From Eremomyces bilateralis CBS 781.70 (lineage: Eukaryota): a DNA stretch of 64,000 nt. Below are positions 40,048 through 52,192 of the stretch, one piece after another; positions within the stretch are counted from its first letter, which is position 1; every line of letters starts with the position of its first letter. The notes below the pieces were generated by a model. The model was not told the DNA's origin and made no database searches. It saw only the letters and a list, made by a program, of their open reading frames with translations. The stretch lies in assembly GCA_010015585.1 (NCBI GenBank), contig ML975159.1. One strand, 5' to 3'. The position numbers were made by a program, and so were the translations under genes.

Positions 40048-41813
40048 ATGGGCAAGTTTTTCATGATCTCGCTCGCGATCTTCGCGGCCACAGGGTATGT
40101 ATCCAACATCCACTCGAGGAGCGTCAGGTCAAACTAACGTTCCCCAGATCCTTCCTGTTCGGCTACGACAGTGGTGTCATGACCGACGTGATCCAATCTC
40201 CCCATTTCCTCACCTACTTCAACACCAGCAAGACCTCTCCCATCATTGGTGCCATCAATTCTACCTTCTCCGGTGGTGCCGTGTTTGGATCCCTCATGGG
40301 AGGGTTCACGATGGATCGGCTCGGCCGAAAATGGACAATCATGATCGGAGCTATGATCTGTTTTGTTGGTGCTATCCTGCAGGCGGCGGCCGTCCACCTC
40401 GCGATGATGTTGGTGGGTAGAATTATGGCGGGATGGGCTGTCGGGTTGATGAGCATGAGTGTACCGGTCTACCAGAGCGAGTGCGCGCATCCAAAGATTC
40501 GAGGTACGGGACACTTGAGGATGATGAGAAATCACCGACTGATTTGACTAGGTCTGGTTGTTGGTATGGCACAACAGATGATAGGAGTCGGTTTCATCGT
40601 CTCGACTTGGATCGGATACGGTGCTGCACATGTTCCGGCGACGAACGCCTTCTCATGGCGGTTTCCCCTGGCTTTCCAGACGGTGCCTTGTGTGATCCTG
40701 CTGATCGGTCTGCCGTTCTTCCCGGAATCACCGCGTCACTTGATGGAGCATGGCGAGGAAGATGAGGCAATGAGAGTGGTATGTATCCTGCGAAAGCCTC
40801 TGCCACCGAACCCAGCTGACGTTCGTCAAAGCTCAACAAGCTGCACTACGACGGGACCAATCAGGAATGGATCCAATCCGAATTCGAAGAGATCCGAAGC
40901 ACTATTAGTGCCGAAAAGGCCATCACTGCTCCTGGATGGTTGGTTATGTTCAAGGTTCCTCAGTGGAGAAACCGTCTGCTTCAGGCGACACTGGTTCAAG
41001 TGTTCACTCAGATGACAGGGTATGTTCTCCCAGCGTACACTTCCCGAAGCTCCGCTAATAGCCCTAGTATCAACGTCATTGGTTATTACCAGACCATCAT
41101 GTACGAATTCCTTGGCATCACTGGTCAGAGGAACTTGCTCGTAACAGGTATCTACAACTGCGTTGGACCTTTCGCCAGTAAGTCCCCTTCAGTCGGTCAT
41201 TTGGAAACAATACTTACACCTTGTAGATTTGATCTTCATCGTCTTTATCCTGGACCGTCTCGGCCGACGAATTCCCCTCCTGGTCGGTACCGTCGCCATC
41301 ACCATCGCCCTCATCTGCGAAGCGGCCATCAACTCCCAGATCCCCCAACCCGTCGACGGAGAAGTCATCGAGGCACATTCGGGCGACGGCAAATCGATCG
41401 CTGGCGTCTTCTTCATCTTCTGCGTCACCGTCATCTTCTCGGGGTCCTTCGGCTCCATCTCCTGGGTCTACATGAGTGAGATCATGCCCATGCAAATCCG
41501 TGGCCGCGGCAGTGCCTTCGCCACCGGAATTGGCAACTGGCTGGTTAGCACCATCTGGAGTCAAGTGTCTCCCATCGGTCTCGGTGCGATTACCTGGAAG
41601 TACTACTTCATCTTCATCGCGTTCAACATCCTGATTACATTCCCCACCATCTATTTCACATTCAAGGAGACGAAGCAGATGTCGTTGGAGGAGATCGATC
41701 TGCTGTTCGGTGGAAGGGCGCTCGGCACACTTCCAGAGGATCTGGATAAGGATGTGGTGAGGGATGGATCGGTGACGTTCGTGGCAGAGAAGGAGACTAA
41801 GTTGGAGGCGTAG
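40048..41813 (+). CDS. MFS sugar porter (SP family), multi-exon
   Basis: MGKFFMISLAIFAATG/SFLFGYDSGV, DRLGRK, GRIMAGWAVG, PVYQSECAHPKIRG, PESPR, QMTG/INVIGYY, DRLGRR, SWVYMSEIMPMQIRGRG, KETKQMSLEEID. Confidence 0.93.
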
Positions 41814-42450
41814 TCTTGCATGCTTTAATCGATTGTTCAGTTGAAGGGGCGTCGATAGTCCGGAGGGAGTTTACCACGGTTTTGAAATCCCAAATATATT
41901 AATCCCAAAAATGGGTGTCATTTCTGAACTCCAAGTACTCTTGTATCCCGGATTCCCCCTTTTCAAGAACGGTAGACTTCTTCAGCATTTGTACCCTTCA
42001 TAATTCTTGCCGACGCAGCGCCTTCTCAACTTTGAGCTACCTAAACGTCGTTGGTAACATGTTGTATAAAGATTCGAATGCTCCAGGGTGGAAACGGTTT
42101 GATCCTAGCCAGGGCAAACATCTTTGCAGGAAGTGGACTAGCATTTTCAAAACTCAAAAACGCCACCAAGTTAAGAATAGTAGATCGGGAACATAAATAA
42201 ATTAGTTGTCCGGTCCCATGGTTTAGACATGAGACTGGCTCCCAAACAATGGCGACCACAGAAGACAGAAACTTTCAGGGGCTGACCTAGAGCGATGTAC
42301 CTCTAGCCATATAGCATTTCTGGAAGCGATATTAAAGAATAAAACCGCAACTGCTCGGAATTAAATCCACCGATGGAATTATCTCGAGAGCCCAGCAGCA
42401 ACAAACATCCTGCCAAAAAAAGGACGGCCCAACAAAAAGCAAAAGAAATG

Positions 42451-42530
42451 TGCACCAGCCGTGACTCGAACACGGTCCCCAAGCAGGCTTCCAATGGGAA
42501 GCTTGGATTCTACCCTTAAACTACTGGTGC
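42451..42530 (-). tRNA. tRNA-Gly(CCC) with 9-nt intron
   Basis: Acceptor stem GCACCAG/CTGGTGC+A. Anticodon arm CAAGC-TTCCCA[TTGGAAGCC]T-GCTTG. T arm CCGTG-TTCGAGT-CACGG. T-rich Pol III terminator downstream. Confidence 0.93.
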
Positions 42531-42748
42531 TGTTCTTACTATGTTAAACTTGTATAACTAATAAACATATTTTATTTTATCAAGAACAGGAAACCCCACC
42601 ATCATATTAAAACCGTCTTTCCAACTTACATCAAACAGTACTCAACCATAGGTTGCCTTTACTCCGAGCGACAACCACATCCCAATTGCAGCGCACATTC
42701 GGCCTTAATACCCACCCCTACTCGAACAAATTATCCAAACACCGCAAA

Positions 42749-43174
42749 ATGACCTCAATCACCCACCAACCAACCATCCACACCTACCACTGCCTCTGTA
42801 CCCAACTCCTCCTCGCAACCCCCCACCCCCTCCCCACCTACCCTCGGCGCGCGCCCCCCTCCCTTGACCGCGCCTACATCCTCCCTCTCTCTCCCTCCTC
42901 ACCAACAACCGACCACCCCACGACATCCCTCGCCCTCCCCGACACCACACCGCAAATCATCCGCCGCGCCGACGGGTTCGAGAGGCGCTATTGGCAGCGC
43001 TGTGGGCGGTGTCGGTTGGTGGTGGGGTATTTTCTAGGTCGGGCGCAGGGGGATGCGGAAGGGGAGAGGGGGGTGGGGGCTGAGGGGCCGTGGGGGGAGG
43101 TGTTGTATGTGTTCCCGGGGGGGTTGGTGGGGACGGAAGAGATGGTGGGAGGGGGGGAGGGGGTGGTGCGGTGA
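42749..43174 (+). CDS. STEEP1/CXorf56 (UPF0428)-like small protein
   Basis: IHTYHCLCTQLLLA, PRRAPPSLDRAYILP, IRRADGFERRYWQRCGRCRLVVGY. Confidence 0.78.
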   Translation: MTSITHQPTIHTYHCLCTQLLLATPHPLPTYPRRAPPSLDRAYILPLSPSSPTTDHPTTSLALPDTTPQIIRRADGFERRYWQRCGRCRLVVGYFLGRAQGDAEGERGVGAEGPWGEVLYVFPGGLVGTEEMVGGGEGVVR

Positions 43175-43939
43175 AGTATGAATGGGTTTGGGAGTGAAGG
43201 GAGATGTGGATAGATGAATGGACGGAGTTCACAATTGGCGTGCTTTACAGCACAATTACGATGCAGGGGGCGAGTCCTCTAGAGGTCAGCAATCCATCAC
43301 CCACGCAAAGATCGCAGCTAATATCCAGTATAGGAGTCCAAAATCGCTATATACCTAAGCAGGGATGAACCGGCTGTCCAGCCAATCCGATACTAGCTAT
43401 TGTCCCGACTCCACCCGATCTATGCCTATGACGAGAAATCCGACGTGCCGTTGAGGGCACGCTCATAAGGGTATCATCCGGACGAGGGTCTCCCGTCCCC
43501 TAATGCCATGGTTCCCGGTCAGCCTATCTGACATCCCCCCATCCGTCCTTCCTTCCCCCCCTTTATTTTTTATTTTCTCTCTCTAAATCATGACTGCATG
43601 GGGAATCGGCTGGGGATCTGTTGAAAATCGTCGCTCATAATCGGTGGTTTTGTGGCTCCGTACGTCGCCATGAGATGATAAGTGTGCAGGTGGGGTTGAA
43701 GCCCATGCGCGAGGGGAATTAACTGGAGGATATGAAAATGCTGGAGCCGAGACGCCGGTGGATGCTAGGTGGAGGTGTTGAAAGAGTTGGGTTATCGGCG
43801 AGGAAGTTGATTGTATTTTGAGGGTAGGTAGGGTGGAGGAGTAGCTCTTGAATGAGCGGAGAGGGAATTCGAAGAAGTGATGGACAGGTTTAAGGGATAG
43901 ATAGGGTTATAGAGAATGGATGAAAGAGAGGAGAAATGT

Positions 43940-46043
43940 TTAACGCACGCCGTTCGCCAGCGCCGGAGGATGGCCGTTGGGTTGCCCCTTCACATCCCCG
44001 TTGGTCAACGTGTCCGAGACGCCGTCAACCGTAGCGATTCCCTTATCGACGGCATGAATCAACTTTTCCATATCTTGAAGTCCCAGGCCGTCGAAGAGGG
44101 GGAAGATGCCCTCGGTCTTGCGGAAGTCGTTGTGGACTATGAAGTGTTAGGTACGGGCAGTGGAGGGAACGAGAGGCTGGGAGAGTGGGGGCCTACCGAT
44201 ATTCACCAGATAGTACGTGTCCATCATGTCCTCGATCACGTAGCGCGACTGGTTCGTGGCGGAATAGCAATTCGCCCAATCCTGTCCAAGCCGGTAGAAT
44301 TCATCTTTCCACGCCAGGAAACTGACCGTCTCGACAATGGTCGGCTGCACGATTTCTTTGCCGGGGAAGACGCCCCAGGTGACCGCGTTCGGCCCATCAC
44401 CCGGCGCATTCGTCTTCAGCTCCCCGGCTTTGTTGACGGCGTAGTAGGTCATGTCGGGATTCCGCTCGATGCGCGTGATCAGCTCGCTAATCATCTCCGG
44501 CGAGACAAAACTCTCGAGGTACGCTTTCTGGAAGACGTAGCCGTTCCGCGGTCCCCAGCCGTAGACAGGATGCGTCGACTTCTCACCATCGACGGGCGGC
44601 TGCGAATTGATGGTGAAGATGCCACGGGTGTTCAGGTCGACGAGTTCTCCTCGCAGAACGTCCGACTCCAGGGACAGCGGATTTTCACTCCACGGCAGAT
44701 GATCGAGCTTGCCCTGCATGTACTTCACGAACAGGTTCGAGATATCCCGGATGGTGGACGGTTCGCCCCAGAGCTTGACGTTCGCCTCATTGGTGCCCTT
44801 CAGGCCGATGCCGTAGGCGTCCAGCTCGCCGAACGCGGGGGAGCGGGAGTCGCCCCAGCGGCCGTTGGGAAATTCATCCCAGTCTTGCGTGCGGACGACA
44901 TAGGATCGGTTGCGATTGCGCCAGAAGATGGGGCGGACGTTTTCTTCGCGGCGTTTGAGGCCTTTGGAGGGGCGCCAGGGGAGGGGTTTCTCAAGAGGGC
45001 TCTCGAGGTCGGGAACGAGGTTGAGGTCTTCTAGGACCATGCGGGTAGCCTGGGCGAGGTTCATGGTATAGCTAGATGATGTTAGTATGATTTTGGCAGG
45101 ATGAAGGGTTCCCATACAAATGCAGGTGGTTGATGCCGCCAGCCAGAAGACGTTTGCACATTTCCACAATCAACTCCCGTCCGACGTCTCGGACAGCAGC
45201 ATCGTCATTCTTGACTGGCTCCAACGCCTCCATCCACGCCTTTGGTACGTTGCATTCAGTCCAATTCGCTCGGCGGATAAACGCACCGTACGTATGAATC
45301 GGCATGATTCCTGGGATAATAGGCACGGTAATGCCAGCCTCCCGGACTTTCCGTAGCCAGTCGAGGAAAATGTCGGTATCGTAAAACATCTGCGTGATCA
45401 CAAAAGTGCCACCCGCATCGACCTTCTCCTTCAGATGGCGGATGAGTTCGTCCGTGTTCTTGTTGTCGTCGCACCCCTCAGAATAACCCGCCACACCGAT
45501 ATCGAAGTGATCCCCGTATTGGCTCCGGATGTACTTCACCAGGTCCCGCGCATATTGGAATCCGCCTTGCGATGCCACCCACTTTTCGTTCTCTCGGGGC
45601 GGGTCGCCGCGGAGGGCAAGAATGTTCGTGCATCCCGAGTTATAGGCTTCTTTTAGCGCGTCGTCGATTTTTGATTTCTCCATGTCGGTGCACGTGAGGT
45701 GCATGCATGTCTCCAGTCCATACACGGACTGAGCCACCTTGACCATCTCGCAGGTCAACCCTGAGTGTCGCCCACCAGCACCCCATGTGACGTCGATGAA
45801 TGTTGGTCCAAGGTCATGCATGCGATCCATGCCTAAGAACGGTCAGTGGAATGTCGACAGTTAGCTCGTACTAAGGAACCCACGATCATAGAGATTTTGA
45901 ACACCCTATCCAACATGTTAGGTACAGCGAAAATATGATCATGTACCGTGACGTACCTGTGCAGTTTTCGGCGGGAAGAATTCAAACGAAATGGACGGCC
46001 GTCCAGCCTCTTCGGCCGCCCGTAGTCTTTCGGAGATATGCAT
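43940..46043 (-). CDS. MET13: Methylenetetrahydrofolate reductase (Met13-type), multi-exon
   Basis: SFEFFPPKTAQ/GVQNLYD (22-nt microexon), FIDVTWGAGG, TCMHLTCT, NILALRGDPP, ITQMFYD, PIIPGIMPI. Regulatory domain WDEFPNGRWGDSRSPAFG and NAVTWGVFPGKEIVQPT. Confidence 0.93.
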
Positions 46044-47549
46044 TTTGAGAAAGATCCCTCAGCGGCGCCGTCGGTCGTTCGCGGCGAAATTGGAACGTCG
46101 TATATATCAATGCTTGAGTTCTGCGAACTTTGTCAGTTCCTCCGAACTCGGCTTGAACCGCAGCAAAGTAGAACCCACCACGCCAACATATACTGAGGGA
46201 ATACCGAACCCTCCACGGCCCAATGAACGTTTTCCTGCTATTCGAGATAGCGTATGCGAGCCCAGCGGTCTGCCAAATGCCGTTGCATGAACCACCGGCG
46301 CTCGAAATGTCAAACAATAGCAAGGAGGGGGGACGAAAAGGAGCGATATGCGTTAGTTGAAGTACTTAATTCATGTTACGTCTGTGGAGAGGAAAGCTTT
46401 CACGAGAATAGAGGGGCCGGCGATGGCCCAATAAGGAATCGCGCCAGTCAAACCGCACAAGAAACTCCCCGCAATCGCCTGTGGCTCTCATCAGTCATGG
46501 CGTTTTCTTGGTGTGCAACCAATTTGCCGTTCCGTGTCCGCCGCAATTCGGATGCCGTGATGCATGAACCGTTGCCAGCTCTGACATCTTCCGCGGAGTT
46601 TCGATTGTATATGCCGAATTTCCCCCATATAAAATACGATGCGGTGTGAGATTGCATTCAGCCAGGAAGTCTCTTGGATTACGCCGGTTCTTCAGTGAAG
46701 GATCCGGAGCATCCATATTGAACGAGGAATCCTCCAGGTTTTGGTGACGGATAATGAACTTGGTTGTTCTATCTTGAACATGGCTTACGGGATTGAGATC
46801 ATGGATGCTTACCGTGGTTGGCACAGCCTTTCCACCAACGTCGTTGCGCTGCAGAACCATACACCGGGATCCAACTTGCATTCCCGATGCGTCGTATGCT
46901 CGTCAACTACGCAAACAAGATGACTTGTGCCTATCAGGAAGTAGATCAATCTGCATATGTGCCTATGGCAACATTCATGCAGTGAAGCAGCTTCGGGCTT
47001 GGGCTTGGGCTTGAGTTCATGCAATCTACCTCCCTTCATGTCCAATCCCCCACCACGTTTCTGCCCTCATCGCCACAGCAGTTCTAGCCATGCGGTACCT
47101 GTACATCGTTGTACGATGTTGTCATAAACCTCTTCCTTCCCTCATCTGACCGCAATACATCACCTGTCTCTGGAACGATGAGTCTCACTTCTTCCGCTTA
47201 GGTATACCTTAGGCCATATTGGACCGCATCTATTCTCATCGTGGCCTCGTCCCAGATGCTTGAGAACTGATCTCCCGGCGCGGGACGGTCGGATATTTAT
47301 GGAAGTGATGCCGATGGGTCTCGGAAAGGAAGCAGTTCCCGTCCTTCATATTGGAAGAAATTTTGTGGTTAGAAATAGCCCTGTCGGCCATGTGGGAGTT
47401 CCTTCTCTTAAGTTCCAACGGGCAGTGGGCGAATAATACCATGTACCATGGGAGGACCGGATCCAATGTTGGCAGAATATATTCCGATGCACTGTGAAAA
47501 TCTTTTCCTCAAATCCGCTTAATACTCCATTACCCTGGATATTTGCCAT

Positions 47550-47599
47550 CTGGGGATATCTGGGGATCTGGGGTGTTTTCTACCTATCTTGGTCTGGGG
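47550..47599 (+). promoter_or_regulatory. Cluster of four CTGGGG (CreA/Cre1 SYGGRG-type) sites upstream of GH31
   Basis: CTGGGG at 47550, 47560, 47568 and 47594. Confidence 0.45.
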
Positions 47600-47976
47600 A
47601 TAAAGGCGGATGAATTGTATCGTCTCGCAGAACTGCTTTTGTCAATAGATCTCCTTGATATGACGACGATAAGATTCCGGGGTATCCGGCACCCAAGCCG
47701 TTAAATCATCCTCATCAATATTGCTCATTTCTATCGATCAACAGAACAATTGATCCTTTGGTGGTCGACCTACTCTAGCGCTGATGAGATGTTTGGCTCG
47801 ACAGTCGCTCACCACGCGAAGATCGGCGGGCATCGTCCCCTATGTAGCCGTCCTCCGTGCTCGAAATAAATCAGATCGAACGACCGGATATTAGTTATTT
47901 CACTAGTTATGTATTTCCCTATTTAACGATCCAACTTCTAAGCTGACTAGCGATGACACCCAAGAACTCGCTTGGT

Positions 47977-48032
47977 CCCCGGCTAAAGGGTTAATGTCTA
48001 GACCCCCCACCTCCAGTCGCATTTAGCCGGGG
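47977..48032. promoter_or_regulatory. Inverted pair of XlnR/Xyr1-type sites (CGGCTAAA) upstream of GH31
   Basis: CCCCGGCTAAA (47977-47987) and TTTAGCCGGGG (48022-48032) form a perfect 11-bp inverted repeat with a 34-bp spacer, about 200 bp upstream of the ATG. Confidence 0.6.
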
Positions 48033-48235
48033 CGGGGACGTTCCGCGTCGAGAAAACGTAGCCTCAACAGCTGAACAGCACTACGTATTGCAATTGCGGG
48101 TTCAATGGGGATTTCAAGCAAAGGGAACGCGATGGGTCTGGCGTACATAAACCAGCTCATGGCCAGGGACGTGGTAGTTCATGCTGTGTCCTCACTTAGC
48201 GAAACATTGTATGCAAATTGCCTGATTCATTCAAG

Positions 48236-50651
48236 ATGAGGTTCCGCGATGGTACGTGATCCAATTCCTCTGTACAATCCCATTCTAACCCACCGTTCAA
48301 GGCATGTGGCTTACAGCCGCCGATAAAACAATCCAATACGCCGAAGACATCTACTCTATCAACCAATCTGGCGATGAACGGTCTCTGGAGTTACTCTGTC
48401 CGACAAAGCGCATCCGATCTCGTGGTGACACTCTCAACTGTCCCACCGTCACCATCAAGCTCGAGGCGGTTATCGATGGCGTCATCTCCGTCGAAGCAAC
48501 CCATTGGGCCGGCCAACGTCGTCTCGGTCCCGACTTCGAGCTGTTCCCGGATGGCAAGCCGGAATCCGCGGCGAGCATCACCACAGGCGAGAAGGGCACG
48601 GCGTTGACCTCCGGGGGCCTCACCGCCACCGTCAGCCCGGATCCGCATGAGTTTGAGATTCGGTTCAGTGGGCATGATGGGAGGGAGGTGACAAGCCTGT
48701 TGAACAGGAGTGTTGGGTTTGCGTATACCCCCGCGACCGGGAACATGAAGGTCGTCGAGGATATGCGGAAAACGCAGCATTATATGTTCACACAGACAGA
48801 GCTCGGGGTGGGCGAGTCGGTCCATGGACTGGGAGAGAGGTTTGGAGCGTTCAATAAGGTTGGACAGCATGTTGAGGTTTGGAACGAGGATGGGTGAGTT
48901 TATGTTGACGCATGAAATACCCATGGGCGCTGACAATATCAAGTGGCACGTCCTCCGACCAAGCATACAAGAACATCTCCTTCTGGCTCAGCTCCCGCGG
49001 CTACGGTGTCTTCATCGACACTCCTGAACACATCGATCTCGAAATCGGGAGCGAACGAAGCTGCAGAGTGCAGACGGCAGTGGAGTCCCAGCGTCTCAAA
49101 TGGTACCTCATATACGGGCCAACGCCCAAAGAGGTTTTGACCAAATACACCATCCTCACCGGGAAATCCGGCAAAGTCCCCGCCTGGAGCTTCGGACTTT
49201 GGCTCACCACCTCCTTCACCACCAACTACGACGAAGCCACCGTCACCGACTGGCTCAGCCAGATGCAAACCCGCAAGATCCCCCTCGAAGTTTTCCACTA
49301 CGACTGCTTCTGGCTCCGCGCCTTCCACTGGTGCGACTTCGTCTTCTCCAAGGACCACTTCCCCGACCCCAAAGGCTCCATGACGCGCCTCAAGTCCTCC
49401 AAACTCGCCAACAAGGTCTGCGTCTGGATCAACCCCTACCTCGGCCAAGCCTCCCCCGTCTTCGCCGAAGCCGCCGAGAAAGGCTACCTCGTCAAGCGCC
49501 TCAACGGTGACGTCTGGCAATGGGACCTCTGGCAAGCCGGCATGGCCCTCGTTGACTTCACCAACCCGGCCGCCCGCAAATGGTACGTCTCCTGCCTCGA
49601 GCAACTCTTCGACACTGGCGTCGACTGCCTCAAGACCGACTTCGGCGAGCGCATCCCCTCGGCCGACGTCCAGTGGCACGACCCCACCGTCGACCCCAAG
49701 AAAATGCACAACTACTACTCCTTCATGTTCAACCAACTCGCCTACGAGGCCCTCCAGAACCGCTTCGGCGCCGACCAAGCCGTCCTCTTCGCCCGCTCCG
49801 CCACCGCCGGCACCCAGCGCTTTCCCCTCTGTTGGGGCGGTGACTGCGAGTCCACCGCCCCGGCCCTCGCGGAATCCATCCGCGGCGGCCTGTCCATCGG
49901 CCTGTCGGGCTTCTCCTTCTGGTCGTGCGACATCGGTGGGTTCGAGGGCAACCCCGCGCCGTGGATCTACAAGCGGTGGGTGGCGTTCGGACTGTTCTGC
50001 TCACACTCGCGTCTGCACGGGAGCAACTCGTACCGGGTGCCGTGGCTCATCGACGGAGACTCACAGGAGCCGGAGAACGCCACCGACGTGGTGCGGCATT
50101 TCGTGCGGGTGAAGCGGCGGTTGATGCCGTATTTGTTCGCGGAGGCGAAGGAGGCGGCGGAGAATGGATGGCCGATGAGCTTAAGGGCGATGGGCCTGGA
50201 GTTCCCGGAGGATCAGACGGCGTGGTTCTGTGATCGCCAGTTCATGGTAGGGAAGAGCCTGTTGGTGGCGCCGGTGTTCACCGAGGAGGGCGATGTGGAG
50301 TTCTATCTGCCCGAGGGCAAGTGGACGAGCTGGTGGGATGGCCATGTTGAGGTTGGCCCGAAGTGGGTGAAGGAGAAGCACGGGTTCCTGACGCTGCCGG
50401 TGTACGTTCGGGAGCGGTCGGTGTTGGTGCTTGGGAGTGAGGATGAGGCGGAGAAGGGAGAGGGCTTCGGGTATGACTGGGTGAAGCAGGGCGCGGAGGT
50501 GAAGTTATATCACACGCAGGCAGGAGACAGCTTCACGGTTGTTGATCGTGAAGGGAAGGATGTTGTGACGCTGGAGGTTGGCGCTGGTAACACTGTCAGC
50601 GGCCTGGACAAGATCGAAGGAACGTGGTCTTCGACCGTTGCAGTTAGATGA
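48236..50651 (+). CDS. Intracellular GH31 alpha-xylosidase (YicI/AxyA-like), 3 exons
   Basis: MRFRD/GMW start with no signal peptide. GLGERFG, WNEDG/GTSSDQAYKNI, WSFGLWLTTSFTTNYDE, catalytic KTDFGERIP and WGGDC, WSCDIGGFEG, SHSRLHGSNSYRVPW. Confidence 0.93.
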
Positions 50652-50785
50652 GCGACAATAGGTTATGAATTACAATAGACTTTTCATTTATACATTTCAA
50701 ACACTATTCACTCATAGTGATGAATGAGTTCACCCAACCTGTACAATATAATATGCCCATACAAGCATACAGTTGTCCAACACCT

Positions 50786-51825
50786 TCACTGCTTCTTCGC
50801 CTCCCTCTCCCTCTTCCTCAGCGCCCTCTTCCTCACCGCCTCATGCATCGTCTTATTCTGCGCCAACACCACCCCACTCCTCGCCCCTACCAAAGTCTCA
50901 ATCCCCCACTGCATCACCGCATGGCTCCAATATGGCGTCATCTGATACGCCGACCCCTGGCTCCCCCCTGCCCTCCCGATGCTCCGCAACGTCGCGCGCA
51001 CAAACGTCCGCGTGCTCGGCACCATCATCGTCGTCCGCCGCAGCTTCGACATCGCGCTCACCACCAGGTGGCTCTGCACGCACTGCACCGTCACGCCGGC
51101 CGGGGCCAGCTCGGCGCCCAGCGCGGCCGACCACGCTTGAAGGAACGCTTTGCTACCGGAGTAGGTGGCGAGGAGCGGGGTGGGGAAGACGCCGGCGAAC
51201 GACGCCATGGTGAGGATGAGGCCGCGTTTGCGCTGGACCATGGCAGGGGTGAGGGCCTGGGTGACGCGGAGGGTGGCGTGGCAGTTGATGTTGATGATGT
51301 TCTCTAGTTCGTCGCGATCGGTCTCAATGAAGGGGACGGGGATGGAGTGGGATTGGCCGACATTGTTGACGAGGATGGCGACGTCGAGGGGAGCGGCTTG
51401 GGCGGCGAGTGCGCGGTAGTCGGCGTCGGTGGCAGCCGAGAAGTCGATGGCGAGAGTAGCGGTTTGGACATTATAGGTGCGAGCGATGTCGGTGGCCAGG
51501 TCGTCGAGCTTGGATTTGGTACGAGAGACGAGGAAGACGTTGAAGCCGGCTTTGGCGAGCTGGTTGGCGAATTCTTTGCCGATGCCGTCGGAGGCTCCGG
51601 TGATAACTGCCCAGCTGCCTTTGGGTCCGAACGTTCGTAGCTGGAGGTGGTGTTAGCTCATGATGCGTTTCAGAGACCTTTAGAGCTACTCACGGAAGTT
51701 CCTGGGAGGATAAACAGGTCACCTAGCAGGCGAAGGTAGCTCAGAATCTTCGCGGAGATGTACACGAGCCCAATGACCGCGAAGACCTGGATTGCCGGAC
51801 TCGACGCATACTCAATGAAATCCAT
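50786..51825 (-). CDS. IFA38: Very-long-chain 3-oxoacyl-CoA reductase (SDR), 2 exons
   Basis: [61 protein letters not shown], and a basic C-terminus ending KKQ. Confidence 0.92.
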
Positions 51826-52192
51826 TGTCGTTGTATGGTGTCCCGTGTCGGTGACTTGCGATGCTGATGTGAGGATTCCCGTCTATAGTGGGATGATTAA
51901 TTGTTTTAGGCTTTAGCCGGTAAGGGGAAAAGGTGCAAAGCGAGATAGAGTTCTGATGAGATGATCGACGCCGGGTTCCAACCAGGCATAGGACCAGGAT
52001 GTCGGCATGATATTCTCATTCCTCCATGCCTGAATCTAACATCGCCATAGTTCTTATTATTTAAGCCTCTCGTTTATGTCCAATCTTCGGTTTCCATTGA
52101 CTCAATTCGACTCGATTGAGATTACTTCTCCGAACGCGTATATATTGTTGATCAATCTCATCCTGCCGACAGCTTGAGTCCAGCATATCACC

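Noticed and set aside
43250..43900. Possible structured RNA or riboswitch downstream of MET13
   Set aside because: Only short hairpins (e.g. GTGCC...GGCAC); no TPP or ribozyme core recognised.
43916..45034. 372-aa plus-strand ORF
   Set aside because: Antisense shadow of MTHFR exons with no recognisable domain.
26405..46043. FOL1 and MET13 as a folate gene cluster
   Set aside because: About 16 kb apart with unrelated genes between; no shared motif seen.
48939..49778. 279-aa minus-strand ORF and similar long ORFs opposite GH47, GAL7 and the NLR
   Set aside because: Shadow frames caused by high GC3 of the real genes.
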